NCBI GenBank assembly: GCA_009694295.1
Contig: SHVJ01000001.1
Location: 7,286-71,285, forward strand
Direction: 5' to 3'
DNA length: 64,000 nucleotides
Source: Acidimicrobiia bacterium
GTDB lineage: Bacteria; Actinomycetota; Acidimicrobiia; IMCC26256; PALSA-555
Part shown: positions 7,384-15,898 of the stretch, piece after piece
Layout: each line of letters begins with the position of its first letter
Numbering within the stretch: position 1 is the stretch's first letter
Program-made: the position numbers and the translations under genes
The notes under the pieces: model-generated
What the model was told of the DNA's origin: nothing
What the model saw: the letters and a program-made list of their open reading frames with translations, nothing else
Databases searched by the model: none

Positions 7384-8493
7384 TCAGGTCCCGAAGGTAA
7401 ACGCGAACGCTTCGAGGCCAGCACCGCGCGCCACGAGCCGAATCGTGTGCTCCTCCACCGACGGCGACAGCACCAGGCGGTAGAGGTCGTACGCCGCGAC
7501 TCGGATGAAGGTGTTGCCGTCGGCGTCGACCATGGTCTGCGAGGTGCGCTCCGACTCGTTGAGCGGACGGCCGTCGATCTCGATCAGCAGGTCGACGGGC
7601 ATGCCTGGTTGCGGACCGAGCACGAGGTTGACCTCACCCGCTCGGTAGCGCAACACGATCGCGGCACCCGCGGCATCTGATGTGACCTGCTCGTCGCCCG
7701 CGTTCCACGTTCCCTCGAGGCGCGCCTGGTCGATCGCCGGCGCGTCCGAACCCACGGGGTACGTCACGACACCGGGTTGGGCGGCGCTCCCGCGCAGGGT
7801 ACCGAGATACGTCTCGGGCGTGATGGTCGCAACCTGAGCCGTCTGTGTCGAGTCGTCATCGATCGGTTCGGCGGACGGCGCCGACTTCGGGATGCCCAAG
7901 AGCTTGCGGATCACGGACTCGGTCTCTGCGTAGGACCCTTCGCCGAAGTGCAGGTACCGCACGCGACCGCGGCGATCGGTGATGTATTTGGCCGGCCAGT
8001 ACTGGTTCGAGAACTGGTTCCAGATCGCCATGTTGTCGTCGAGCGCGACGGGGTAGTTCACGTGGAGGCGAGCCACCGCGTCGCGCACATTGTCGTGGTC
8101 CTTCTCGAACTCGAACTCCGGTGAGTGGATGCCCACGATGACCAGGCCGTCGTCGGCGTAGCGGTCGTACCAGGCTTCCAAGTGCGGCAGCGTGCGCACG
8201 CAGTTCACGCATGAGTACGTCCAGAAGTCGTACACGACCACCTTGTCGCGCAGATCAGCCTTCGAGAGTGGATCGCTGTTGATCCACCCTTCGGCCGCGT
8301 CGAGACTCGGCAGCTTCGGGCCGACCGGCAAGTTGGAGACGTCGGCGCGCGTGGCGAGGTCGCGGGGGTCGGCGGAGCTGGCGATGAACACCGCAGCCGC
8401 GGCTGCCACGGTGAGCGCGACGGCCACGAGCAAGTAGACGCGCCGCGAGCGCGGCGGCTCGGTGTGCGCCGGAACCCCACTCGCTTCGTCCAC
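7384..8493 (-). CDS. Membrane-anchored thioredoxin-fold protein with DipZ-like C-terminal domain
   Basis: TM anchor, CxxC in WTYSCVNCVRTLPH, and a beta-rich C-terminal domain as in the C-terminal part of mycobacterial DipZ. GTG 8493 is preceded by GGAGGA. Lies 9 nt upstream of ccdA. Confidence 0.8.
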   Translation of the reverse strand: MDEASGVPAHTEPPRSRRVYLLVAVALTVAAAAAVFIASSADPRDLATRADVSNLPVGPKLPSLDAAEGWINSDPLSKADLRDKVVVYDFWTYSCVNCVRTLPHLEAWYDRYADDGLVIVGIHSPEFEFEKDHDNVRDAVARLHVNYPVALDDNMAIWNQFSNQYWPAKYITDRRGRVRYLHFGEGSYAETESVIRKLLGIPKSAPSAEPIDDDSTQTAQVATITPETYLGTLRGSAAQPGVVTYPVGSDAPAIDQARLEGTWNAGDEQVTSDAAGAAIVLRYRAGEVNLVLGPQPGMPVDLLIEIDGRPLNESERTSQTMVDADGNTFIRVAAYDLYRLVLSPSVEEHTIRLVARGAGLEAFAFTFGT

Positions 8494-8566
8494 GCGCTTC
8501 CTCCGTCTCCTGCGACCCAATCATCCCAGGGCTGATCTTCCAAGCACTGGCACTGGTCTACGGAGC

Positions 8567-8594
8567 AGACGGCCGGTGAGACGGCCGGTGAGAC
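8567..8594. repeat. 12-bp tandem repeat AGACGGCCGGTG x2 plus partial AGAC
   Basis: Units at 8567-8578 and 8579-8590, partial unit at 8591-8594. One nt separates it from TACGGT (8596-8601). CACTGG x2 also occurs at 8545-8556. Confidence 0.9.
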
Positions 8595-8595
8595 A

Positions 8596-8601
8596 TACGG
8601 T
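8596..8601 (+). promoter_or_regulatory. -10-like TANNNT box (TACGGT), 7 nt before ATG 8609
   Basis: TACGGT-TGGGCAC-ATG. Confidence 0.45.
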
Positions 8602-8608
8602 TGGGCAC

Positions 8609-9394
8609 ATGGCTGCGGTCGAAGAGGTGCCGGTCGAAGAGGTGGTGCAACGCCTCGATACCGACGGGTACGCCATCATCGAAGGGCTCATCCCCCACGA
8701 CGAGGCGATCGCCATCGGGGTGGAGCTACGGCGGCTGCTCGATGGCGTGCCGGAGGGCCGCAACTTCTTCGAGGGGTTCCACACCCGCCGCCTCTATGCC
8801 ATCTACGCCAAGACCCGCATCCTCGACCCGCTCACGCTGCATCCACTCGTACTCGGCGCACTCGAGCGCGTGCTCGGTCCGCACTTCCAGCTGAGTGGGC
8901 CGACGGGGATTGAGATCGGTCCCGGCGAGGTGCAGCAGATCCTGCATCGCGACGAAGACATCTACCCGGTGCCCCGTCCGCACCCGCAACTCGTCACCAA
9001 CGTGATGTGGGCATTCGACGACTTCACCGAAGCAAACGGCGCGACTCGCGTCATTCCCGCGAGCCAGGACTCCGTGGAGCAACCTCCCGATGACGCGCCG
9101 ATGGTGTTCGCGGAGATGCCGGCTGGTTCCGCGATGATCTACGTGGGATCCGTCTGGCACGGTGGCGGCGCGAACGTCACCGATCGCACGCGGCTCGGCG
9201 CGGCGATCGAATACGCGGCGGGCTGGCTCCGCCAACAGGAGAACCACCTGGTAACGGTGTCGCCCGAGCTGATGCGCACGTTGCCGAAGCGACTACGCGA
9301 GCTCCTCGGGTACAACATCTACCCGCCGTTCGTCGGCTACGCGGACGGGCGCCATCCGGACAAGTATCCGTTCACTCAACGGCCTCCGGCCTGA
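8609..9394 (+). CDS. Phytanoyl-CoA dioxygenase (PhyH) family Fe(II)/2-oxoglutarate oxygenase
   Basis: GYAIIEGLI, HRDEDIYP (HxD), NGATRVIPASQ, WHGGGAN. The N-terminal extension of ORF 8462 is Arg/Pro junk. Confidence 0.8.
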   Translation: MAAVEEVPVEEVVQRLDTDGYAIIEGLIPHDEAIAIGVELRRLLDGVPEGRNFFEGFHTRRLYAIYAKTRILDPLTLHPLVLGALERVLGPHFQLSGPTGIEIGPGEVQQILHRDEDIYPVPRPHPQLVTNVMWAFDDFTEANGATRVIPASQDSVEQPPDDAPMVFAEMPAGSAMIYVGSVWHGGGANVTDRTRLGAAIEYAAGWLRQQENHLVTVSPELMRTLPKRLRELLGYNIYPPFVGYADGRHPDKYPFTQRPPA

Positions 9395-9402
9395 GCGAAC
9401 GG
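9368..9402. terminator. Palindromic hairpin element (copy X) between convergent PhyH and SDR genes
   Basis: CCGTTCACTCA-AC-GGCC-TCC-GGCC-TGAGCGAACGG. It overlaps the PhyH stop (TGA 9392-9394) and is homologous to the element at 10244-10282. Confidence 0.5.
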
Positions 9403-9441
9403 ATTCGTCACAAAGGTCAAGAGCTAGATCAAGAGCAGTTG

Positions 9442-10212
9442 CTAGGGCCAGGAAAGCCCAAATTGTGTGGAGTCGACGACTCTTCCGGTGACGCCGTCTG
9501 CGCGTTGGGCTGACAGGTAGGCGACGGCGGGCACAACGGCGTCGGGTTCCTTCCAGTCGTGGTCGGGGCCGAGCTCTTTGGCCGCGTGCTCGGTCTTCAC
9601 TGCGCCGGGACGCAGCGCGTTGATGGCGATGTTGAACGGCGTGAGCTCGACGGCCAGCGCGGTGCTGAACTTCTCCAACGCCGCCTTGGCGACGGAGTAG
9701 ATGAAGTAGCCGGGCGGCATGAACGGACCACTCGCCGGATCGGCCGCGCCCGACGAGATGTTGATGATGCTCCCGCCGCCACGCTCGCGCATCGGCTCGA
9801 CGGCGGCCTTCGTGCTCAGGTAGAGGCTGCGCACGTTCACGCGCATCGACGTGTCCCACTGCTCCGGCGTGCTGTCGACGAACGCGGCTCGCACCTCGGT
9901 CATCGAGTTGTTCACAAGCACGTCGAGCCCGCCGAACTCGGTGACGGCGGCGTCGATCAGCGCTTGCAGATCGGCCGCGTTGCCGATGTCACAACGCTGC
10001 GCGACAGCGGTGCCGCCAGCAGCCCGAATGGCTTCGACGGTTTCGTGGATCGTCCCGCCAAACCCGTCGGGACTCTTCGTCTCCGTACGCGCGGCAACAA
10101 CGACAGACGCGCCCAAATCCGCCAGACCAATTGCTAGTCCACGTCCAATTCCTCGCGACGCACCGGTGACGATCGCAACCTTGCCGTCAAGACGATTGGA
10201 AGTGGACATCAT
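9442..10212 (-). CDS. SDR-family oxidoreductase
   Basis: GKVAIVTGASRGIGRG, NNS and YSVAKAAL (YxxxK). The start is ambiguous among ATG 10212, ATG 10209 and GTG 10221. Confidence 0.85.
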   Translation of the reverse strand: MMSTSNRLDGKVAIVTGASRGIGRGLAIGLADLGASVVVAARTETKSPDGFGGTIHETVEAIRAAGGTAVAQRCDIGNAADLQALIDAAVTEFGGLDVLVNNSMTEVRAAFVDSTPEQWDTSMRVNVRSLYLSTKAAVEPMRERGGGSIINISSGAADPASGPFMPPGYFIYSVAKAALEKFSTALAVELTPFNIAINALRPGAVKTEHAAKELGPDHDWKEPDAVVPAVAYLSAQRADGVTGRVVDSTQFGLSWP

Positions 10213-10243
10213 CGGCCGCACTTGTCTCTTGGTTTTGGGCAGA

Positions 10244-10282
10244 GTTCGTTCGCTGAGGCCGGAGGCCTTTCAGCGAACGAAC
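10244..10282. terminator. Palindromic hairpin element (copy Y) downstream of the SRPBCC gene
   Basis: GTTCGTTCGCTGA (10244-10256) pairs perfectly with TCAGCGAACGAAC (10270-10282) around a GGCC-GGA-GGCC core. Confidence 0.55.
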
Positions 10283-10283
10283 A

Positions 10284-10751
10284 CTAGGAAAGGATCTCCT
10301 CGATGCGTTCGAGCGTCTTCTCCATGCTCTTCGCGGCGTGGCTTCCGCCCTTGGCCACCATGCCCTTCATGCCGGCCTCCTGGGAGATGTCCCAGCTCTC
10401 GCGAACCTTGGTGCCTCCGGCAACGGGCTCGAGCTCGTAGCGCCAGATGCGGCCGCCGAACCTCTTGAAGCGCTTCGGCCGCGGCTGCCACGCGATCTTC
10501 CGGTTCTCCTCGAACTCGACGACCGTGTTCCTCATCGTGTACGGGATACCCATCTTCATCTTCATGTCGAACGTAGAACCGAGCTTCAAGCGCTCCGACT
10601 TCTCGGACGGGTCGCGCACCGTGCCGGATCCGTCGATCTCACGATGACGGGCCGGATCGGCAAGGAGCTCGAAGATCTTCTCGGGTGGCGCGGGGATGAC
10701 CCGCTCCACGCTCACTGCTTCGTTTGCGTCAGTCACGTTTTCATCAGCCAT
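10284..10751 (-). CDS. SRPBCC (START / polyketide-cyclase-like) ligand-binding protein
   Basis: VERVIPAPPEKIFELLADPARHREIDGSG is a typical SRPBCC N-terminus. Start ATG 10751 with the TAGCCT box upstream. Confidence 0.75.
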   Translation of the reverse strand: MADENVTDANEAVSVERVIPAPPEKIFELLADPARHREIDGSGTVRDPSEKSERLKLGSTFDMKMKMGIPYTMRNTVVEFEENRKIAWQPRPKRFKRFGGRIWRYELEPVAGGTKVRESWDISQEAGMKGMVAKGGSHAAKSMEKTLERIEEILS

Positions 10752-11955
10752 GGGAACGCAGGCTAGACCTGTCGCCGTGGCTCCGCCCTTCGACCGCAAT
10801 GTGCTCCTCGCCAAGGGTCAGGAGCGCGCCGGTGGTCTCACCGATCTCGGGACTGGTCAATTCCTCGAGGGCATGGACCGGTTCGTCGACTCACTGAACG
10901 CCGAGGCACGGCTCAACGACATCGGCCGCTTCATCGCCGAGGAGCGCGTGCTCCTGCACGTCGTCAACCGGCTCCGCTACGTGCACGACCGCGAGCAGTA
11001 CCCCGAGATCGCGTCGGTCGAAGTGGTGACGCCCGTGTTCATCGTCGGTCTACCCCGAACCGGCACCACGATCTTGCACGACATCCTCAACCAGGATCCC
11101 GCCAACCGCGCGCCGCTCACGTGGGAGCTGATGTTTCCGTCGCCACCGCCCGAGGCGTCGCTCGGCAACAACGATCCGCGCGTCACCGCGTGCCAGGCCA
11201 CCATCCCGAGTGGCGACGAGCGATCGACATTGTTCGCCGCGATGCATCCGATGGGAGCCACGCTCTCGCAGGAATGTGTCGTGATGATGGGCGAAGCGAT
11301 GTGTACCGCGCTCTTCCACAACCAGTTCCGCGTGCCCTCGTACCAGGATTGGGTGGACACTGGGGCCGACTGGTCGGCCGTGTACGCGTTTCATCGCCGT
11401 CAGCTTCAACACCTGTGGTGGCACAAGCCCGGCGATCGTTGGATGCTCAAGACGGGTGGGCACATGTGGGGTCTCGAGCAGCTGCTGGCCGAGTACCCCG
11501 ACGCCCGCATCGTGTTCACGCATCGCGACCCGGTGAAGTCGATGACGTCGTACGCCAGCCTCACCGCGCTGGTGCGCTCAGCCGGGAGCGACGACGTGGA
11601 CCCGATCGAGATCGCGGCCGACTGGACCGCGCGCCTGAAGATGGTGCTCGAACGGTCGATGGCGGTGCGCGCGGCGCGCGAGTACCCCGACGCCGTGTTC
11701 TACGACATGTATTTCTCCGACTTCGTTGCCGACCAGTTCGCCGAGATCGAGAAGATCTACGACGCCCTCGACCTGCCGATGTCGGACGAGGGCGCCGCGG
11801 CCATGCGCGAGTACATCGCGGACCACCCGAAGGGCAAGGACGGCATCCACCGCTACGCACCCGAGGAGTTCGGGGTCGACCCCGACACCGTGCGCCGTGA
11901 GTTCGCGCCGTACATCGAACGGTTCGGACTCGAGCCGGAACCCGAGGACACCTGA
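10750..11955 (+). CDS. PAPS-dependent sulfotransferase family protein (paralogue 1)
   Basis: GLPRTGTTILHDIL 5'-phosphosulfate-binding loop. Paralogue of 60182..61456. Start uncertain: ATG 10750 shares the CCATGG with the divergent gene, and GTG 10777 is an alternative. Confidence 0.75.
   Translation: MGTQARPVAVAPPFDRNVLLAKGQERAGGLTDLGTGQFLEGMDRFVDSLNAEARLNDIGRFIAEERVLLHVVNRLRYVHDREQYPEIASVEVVTPVFIVGLPRTGTTILHDILNQDPANRAPLTWELMFPSPPPEASLGNNDPRVTACQATIPSGDERSTLFAAMHPMGATLSQECVVMMGEAMCTALFHNQFRVPSYQDWVDTGADWSAVYAFHRRQLQHLWWHKPGDRWMLKTGGHMWGLEQLLAEYPDARIVFTHRDPVKSMTSYASLTALVRSAGSDDVDPIEIAADWTARLKMVLERSMAVRAAREYPDAVFYDMYFSDFVADQFAEIEKIYDALDLPMSDEGAAAMREYIADHPKGKDGIHRYAPEEFGVDPDTVRREFAPYIERFGLEPEPEDT
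10760..10765 (-). promoter_or_regulatory. -10-like TANNNT box (TAGCCT on minus strand), 8 nt before ATG 10751
   Basis: Minus strand reads TAGCCT-GCGTTCCC-ATG. Confidence 0.4.
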
Positions 11956-12012
11956 GCCCTAGGATTCAGCTGCTCCCCAACACCCTGACACACCAACATG
12001 CAGGAGGCACTC

Positions 12013-12474
12013 ATGGCCGTCGCCGTCGGTGACGAAGCACCCGATTTCACGCTGAAGGACCAAGCTGGCGACGAGGTGACGCTCGCGAGCTTCCGGGGCA
12101 AGAAGAACGTGGTCATCGTCTTCTACCCGTTCACGTTCACCGGCGTGTGCCACGGCGAGATGTGCGACATCCGTGACAACCCGAAGAGCTACATGAACGA
12201 CGACACCCAGGTGCTCGCGATCTCTTGCGACTCGCGCCACGCGCAGAAGGTGTGGGCCGAGCAGGAGGGCTTCGACTTCCCGGTGCTCAGCGACTTCTGG
12301 CCCCACGGCGATGTCGCGAAGGCGTACGGCATCTTCAACGACACGCTCGGGTGCGCCATGCGCGGCACATTCGTCATCGACAAGGACGGGAAAGTCGTCG
12401 AGGCGTTCGAGTCCGGTGGACTCGGCGACGCGCGCGACAAGTCGGAGTACGAGGCCGCGCTCGGCAAGCTCTAG
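12013..12474 (+). CDS. ahpE: AhpE-like 1-Cys peroxiredoxin
   Basis: APDFTLKDQAGDEVTLASFRGKKNVVIVFYPFTFTGVCHGEMC. AGGAGG Shine-Dalgarno before ATG 12013. Confidence 0.85.
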   Translation: MAVAVGDEAPDFTLKDQAGDEVTLASFRGKKNVVIVFYPFTFTGVCHGEMCDIRDNPKSYMNDDTQVLAISCDSRHAQKVWAEQEGFDFPVLSDFWPHGDVAKAYGIFNDTLGCAMRGTFVIDKDGKVVEAFESGGLGDARDKSEYEAALGKL

Positions 12475-13260
12475 CTACCGCAGCACCGCGATCGCTGCGA
12501 GGCGGTCGTTGTTGCCGGCATCCACCACTTCGACGCGCGCGTAGTCGCCGACGGCATGCGCAGTCGCGCGCATCGGCCCGATCCGCACGGTGCGGAGATA
12601 ACGCACGTCAAGCTCCGCGGGCACGAACGCGTCCGGAAGACTCAGCGCGGCTTCCTCCGCGATGAGTGCGACCGCGCCACCCTGGATGGTGTCGACCCAA
12701 TTGAGGAGACGGGGATTGCGATCCGCTTCCATCACGCCGGGAGCGACCGTGCGTGCCGCGAGAATGTCGGTGATCGGCACGATCGGCGTCTGGTTGCGGC
12801 GGCGCTCCTTGCTGCCGGTGATCACTTGGGTCACGAACGAGTCCGCTTCGTCCTCCGGGCGGGGCGACGCCACGAAGGTGCCGACCACGAAGGCTGACGG
12901 CTCGTCGCTGCCATCGACGGTGAACGTGGCTTCGGTGAACGTCAGGACGCGACCGGTCTTGAGGATCTGGCCCGTGCCATGGATCTGTGTACCCACGGGG
13001 ATCGGTTGCACGACGCGCACGTTGAGATCCACGGTCATGCACACGCGCGGGAGGGTGCGTTCGGTGGCGAGCGCCCCGCAGAGCGAGTCGGCCCACGCGA
13101 GGAGCACCGACGGGCGGAGCACATCCGCGCCAGGAATGCAGAGCTGCTGCACCACGTCGGCCCGCCCGACCAACGTGTCTCCAGCAACCTCCATGTTCAG
13201 GCCGAGCTCGGAGGTGAACCCGATACCGCGTTCGCGTTGCGGCTCGTCTTCCTCGCTCAC
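12475..13260 (-). CDS. Double hotdog-fold PaaI-type thioesterase
   Basis: Two hotdog halves (GFTSELGLNMEV ... and NPRLLNWVDTIQGGAVALIAEEAA ...). The GTG 13260 start overlaps the P450 stop as GTGA. Confidence 0.7.
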   Translation of the reverse strand: MSEEDEPQRERGIGFTSELGLNMEVAGDTLVGRADVVQQLCIPGADVLRPSVLLAWADSLCGALATERTLPRVCMTVDLNVRVVQPIPVGTQIHGTGQILKTGRVLTFTEATFTVDGSDEPSAFVVGTFVASPRPEDEADSFVTQVITGSKERRRNQTPIVPITDILAARTVAPGVMEADRNPRLLNWVDTIQGGAVALIAEEAALSLPDAFVPAELDVRYLRTVRIGPMRATAHAVGDYARVEVVDAGNNDRLAAIAVLR

Positions 13261-14429
13261 CGTACGGGAACCGGCTCGAACACGACCGGGATCGATGGCG
13301 GACTGCGGAACGCGAAGCCCTCGATCTGCGGTGGTGGCGCGTCGGGATCGAGACGCAGGTTGGGCAGACGGTCGAGGACTGCGTTGAGCCCGATGCGCAG
13401 CTCGAGGCGCGCGAGGTGCATGCCCAGGCACTGATGTCGACCCGTGCCGAAGAAGAGATGGTTCTCGGGCGGACGGTCGATGTCCCACTCGTCAGAGCGC
13501 TCGTAATGCGATTCGTCGCGGTTCGCTGACGACGTCATGAGCATCAGCACCGATCCGGCCGGGATCGGGCATCCATCGATCTCAGTATCGGCGACCGCGT
13601 TGCGACTGATGACCGTGACCGATGTCTCCCAGCGCAACGTCTCTTCGATCACCGCCGGGATCAGATCGCGGTCGGCGACGACGCGCGCCAGCGCGTCAGG
13701 GTGCGTCAGCAGCGCGACGAAGCAATTGCCCATCGCCCGGAATGTCGTCTCCGCTCCTGCCGGGAGAAGCAGCCGGATGAAAGCCAGGATGCGATCGTTC
13801 GTGAGGCGTTTGCCGTCGACCTCCGCGGCGGCGAGGTCGCTGACGAGATCGTCGCCCGGGTTGTTCCGTCGTTCTTCGATGATCGGGAGCATGTATGCGA
13901 TGAGCGCGTCCGACGCGGCTTGGGCGCGCTCGGGCTCGACCGCGATCGACGTGATCCCATCGGCCCACTCCTGAAACTGCTCGTAGTCGTGCACAGGGAT
14001 GCCGAGAATCCCCGCGATCACTTGGACCGGGTACCGATGCGTGACGTCGTCGACGAGGTCGGCACGCCCCAACGGCGCGATGCGATCGAGCAGCGCGTTG
14101 ATGCTCGGCTCGATCAGCTCTGTGCCCCAGCGTTCCAACGCTGATGCGCGGAACGCCTTGACCACAAGGTCGCGATGATCCTTGTGCTCCTGGCCGTCCA
14201 TCCCGATCATGGCCTCACCCATGACGGCACCCATGATCTCGTTGTGGATGCTGCTGGAGAACGTGGCGGGGTCGCGCAGCACGGCTTCGACGTCGTCGCG
14301 ACGCAACACCATGAACGCCTCACGGTCCGCGTCGCCGCCGATCGACTGCACCGGACACTCCGAGCGCAGCTGCTGCCACAACGCATGCGGCTGTTCCATC
14401 AAGAAGTCCATGCCGATCGGATCCTGCAT
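13257..14429 (-). CDS. Cytochrome P450
   Basis: FGTGRHQCLGMHLA heme-thiolate loop and EETLRW (ExxR). Start ATG 14429 (MQDPIGMDFL). Confidence 0.9.
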   Translation of the reverse strand: MQDPIGMDFLMEQPHALWQQLRSECPVQSIGGDADREAFMVLRRDDVEAVLRDPATFSSSIHNEIMGAVMGEAMIGMDGQEHKDHRDLVVKAFRASALERWGTELIEPSINALLDRIAPLGRADLVDDVTHRYPVQVIAGILGIPVHDYEQFQEWADGITSIAVEPERAQAASDALIAYMLPIIEERRNNPGDDLVSDLAAAEVDGKRLTNDRILAFIRLLLPAGAETTFRAMGNCFVALLTHPDALARVVADRDLIPAVIEETLRWETSVTVISRNAVADTEIDGCPIPAGSVLMLMTSSANRDESHYERSDEWDIDRPPENHLFFGTGRHQCLGMHLARLELRIGLNAVLDRLPNLRLDPDAPPPQIEGFAFRSPPSIPVVFEPVPVR

Positions 14430-14436
14430 CGGCGGA

Positions 14437-14442
14437 ACGCTA
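14437..14442 (-). promoter_or_regulatory. -10-like TANNNT box (TAGCGT on minus strand), 7 nt before ATG 14429
   Basis: Minus strand reads TAGCGT-TCCGCCG-ATG, in the 32-bp gap after the DinB gene. Confidence 0.45.
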
Positions 14443-14461
14443 CCCCTTGGGCGCGCGGTGC

Positions 14462-15004
14462 TCAGTCGCCGGTGCGGCCATCGATCTGCTCGCGCATCAT
14501 GTCGAGATGGCCTGCGTGGCGCGCTGTCTCCTCGATCATGTGAACCATGATCCAACGCAAGGTCACTCGACCGTGGTGACGAGATTCGTTCGTGGAGACC
14601 TTGTCGAGCGATGGCGCGCCGGCCTGGATGCGCCGCGAGTGCTCACACTCGTCCCAATACGCGGCCACCACCGAGACGACCGTGTCGCCGCCCTCCACGA
14701 GGAACGACTGCTCGTTCGAAACGCTTGGACCCTCGTACTCGCCAGCGAACGTGTCCCGGAACCAACCCTCCTCGACCCAGGTGAGGTGCTTGATGATCCC
14801 GAGCAGGCTCATGCCCGTGGCCGTCACGACGCGCGACGCCTCTTCGAGCGACAGCCCATCCGCCTTGTTCACGATCACCTGGCGGTACCAGTCGAGGAAT
14901 CCGACCAACATCGCTCGCTCTGACGCGCGTACCCCGAGCGGGTCGTGGCTGACCTTGTTGCGCAGCGCGCGGACGATGCCGCGGAACTCCGAGCGCGCGC
15001 TCAT
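14462..15004 (-). CDS. DinB-family (DUF664 / mycothiol-transferase-like) protein
   Basis: LVGFLDWYRQ, IIKHLTWVEEGWF and EETARHAGHLDMMRE. Its start overlaps the upstream stop as ATGA. Confidence 0.8.
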   Translation of the reverse strand: MSARSEFRGIVRALRNKVSHDPLGVRASERAMLVGFLDWYRQVIVNKADGLSLEEASRVVTATGMSLLGIIKHLTWVEEGWFRDTFAGEYEGPSVSNEQSFLVEGGDTVVSVVAAYWDECEHSRRIQAGAPSLDKVSTNESRHHGRVTLRWIMVHMIEETARHAGHLDMMREQIDGRTGD

Positions 15005-15867
15005 GTGGGCAGCTTCGGTCGGATGTCGTGTTCGAGGAAGTCGACGACGGCGTTGGAGAACGCGTCGTTCTGGTCACCTGCAACCATGTGCGCAGCGCCG
15101 CCGACATCCACGAGCTTGGCGCCGGGGATAGCAGCGAGAAATGCCTGCGTGCCTTCCTCCGTCACCACATCGCTGAGCAAGCCGCGCACCAGCAGCGTGG
15201 GCACGTCGATGTTGTGGAGCGCGGCTTCGAACAGCGCCTGGAAGCTCTGTCCCGGCACCTCGCGCCGACCCCGGTCGATGAACTTCGGGTCCCAGTGCCA
15301 GTACCAGCGCCCGTCGGGCCGTTGACGAAGCACCTTCATGAGACCTGCCGGGTTGACGCGCTTGGTGCGGTTCGGCGTGTACGACGCGATTGCTTCCGCC
15401 GCATCATCGAGCGTGGCGAAACCGCCGAGACCCGACTGCATGAAGTCGTGGATGCGCTGCAAGCCCTCGGGATTGCTCTTGTGCGTGATGTCGACGATGA
15501 CGAGCCCGCTCGAGACGGCGCGGTCACTCCCACCTTCGGCACTGATCGCCGCCACACCTCCGAGCGACGCCCCAACGATCACGGGTGGGCGGCCGAGCTG
15601 GTCGGCGACGGCGATCGTGTCGGCCGCGTACGCAGTGAACGAGTAGTCGCCGTTCAGCGCCCATTCGCTGTCGCCGTGCCCGCGCAGATCCATCGACACC
15701 GCGCGCCAGCCGTGCTCGGCCAGCACCGCAGCAGTCTTCCCCCATGCATGCCGCGTCTGCCCACCGCCGTGCATGAGGAGGACCGGCCAAGCGTCGTCGT
15801 CACCCCACACATCGGCGACGAGATGCAACCCCTCGAATCCCGCGAACCGAACCACCTGCGATTCCAT
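15001..15867 (-). CDS. Alpha/beta hydrolase
   Basis: MESQVVRFAGFEGL ... LLMHGGGQTRHAW ... GASLGG nucleophile elbow. GGAGGTGATGGG before ATG 15867. Confidence 0.8.
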   Translation of the reverse strand: MESQVVRFAGFEGLHLVADVWGDDDAWPVLLMHGGGQTRHAWGKTAAVLAEHGWRAVSMDLRGHGDSEWALNGDYSFTAYAADTIAVADQLGRPPVIVGASLGGVAAISAEGGSDRAVSSGLVIVDITHKSNPEGLQRIHDFMQSGLGGFATLDDAAEAIASYTPNRTKRVNPAGLMKVLRQRPDGRWYWHWDPKFIDRGRREVPGQSFQALFEAALHNIDVPTLLVRGLLSDVVTEEGTQAFLAAIPGAKLVDVGGAAHMVAGDQNDAFSNAVVDFLEHDIRPKLPT

Positions 15868-15898
15868 CCCATCACCTCCTACCCGGCAGTTTGGCCGA

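Noticed and set aside
9368-10282. Inverted homologous elements flanking the SDR gene, considered as terminal inverted repeats of a MITE or mobile cassette.
   Set aside because: Each element is itself a hairpin placed exactly at a gene end (terminator-like). There are no target-site duplications, and no transposase or integrase. A REP/terminator family is the simpler reading.
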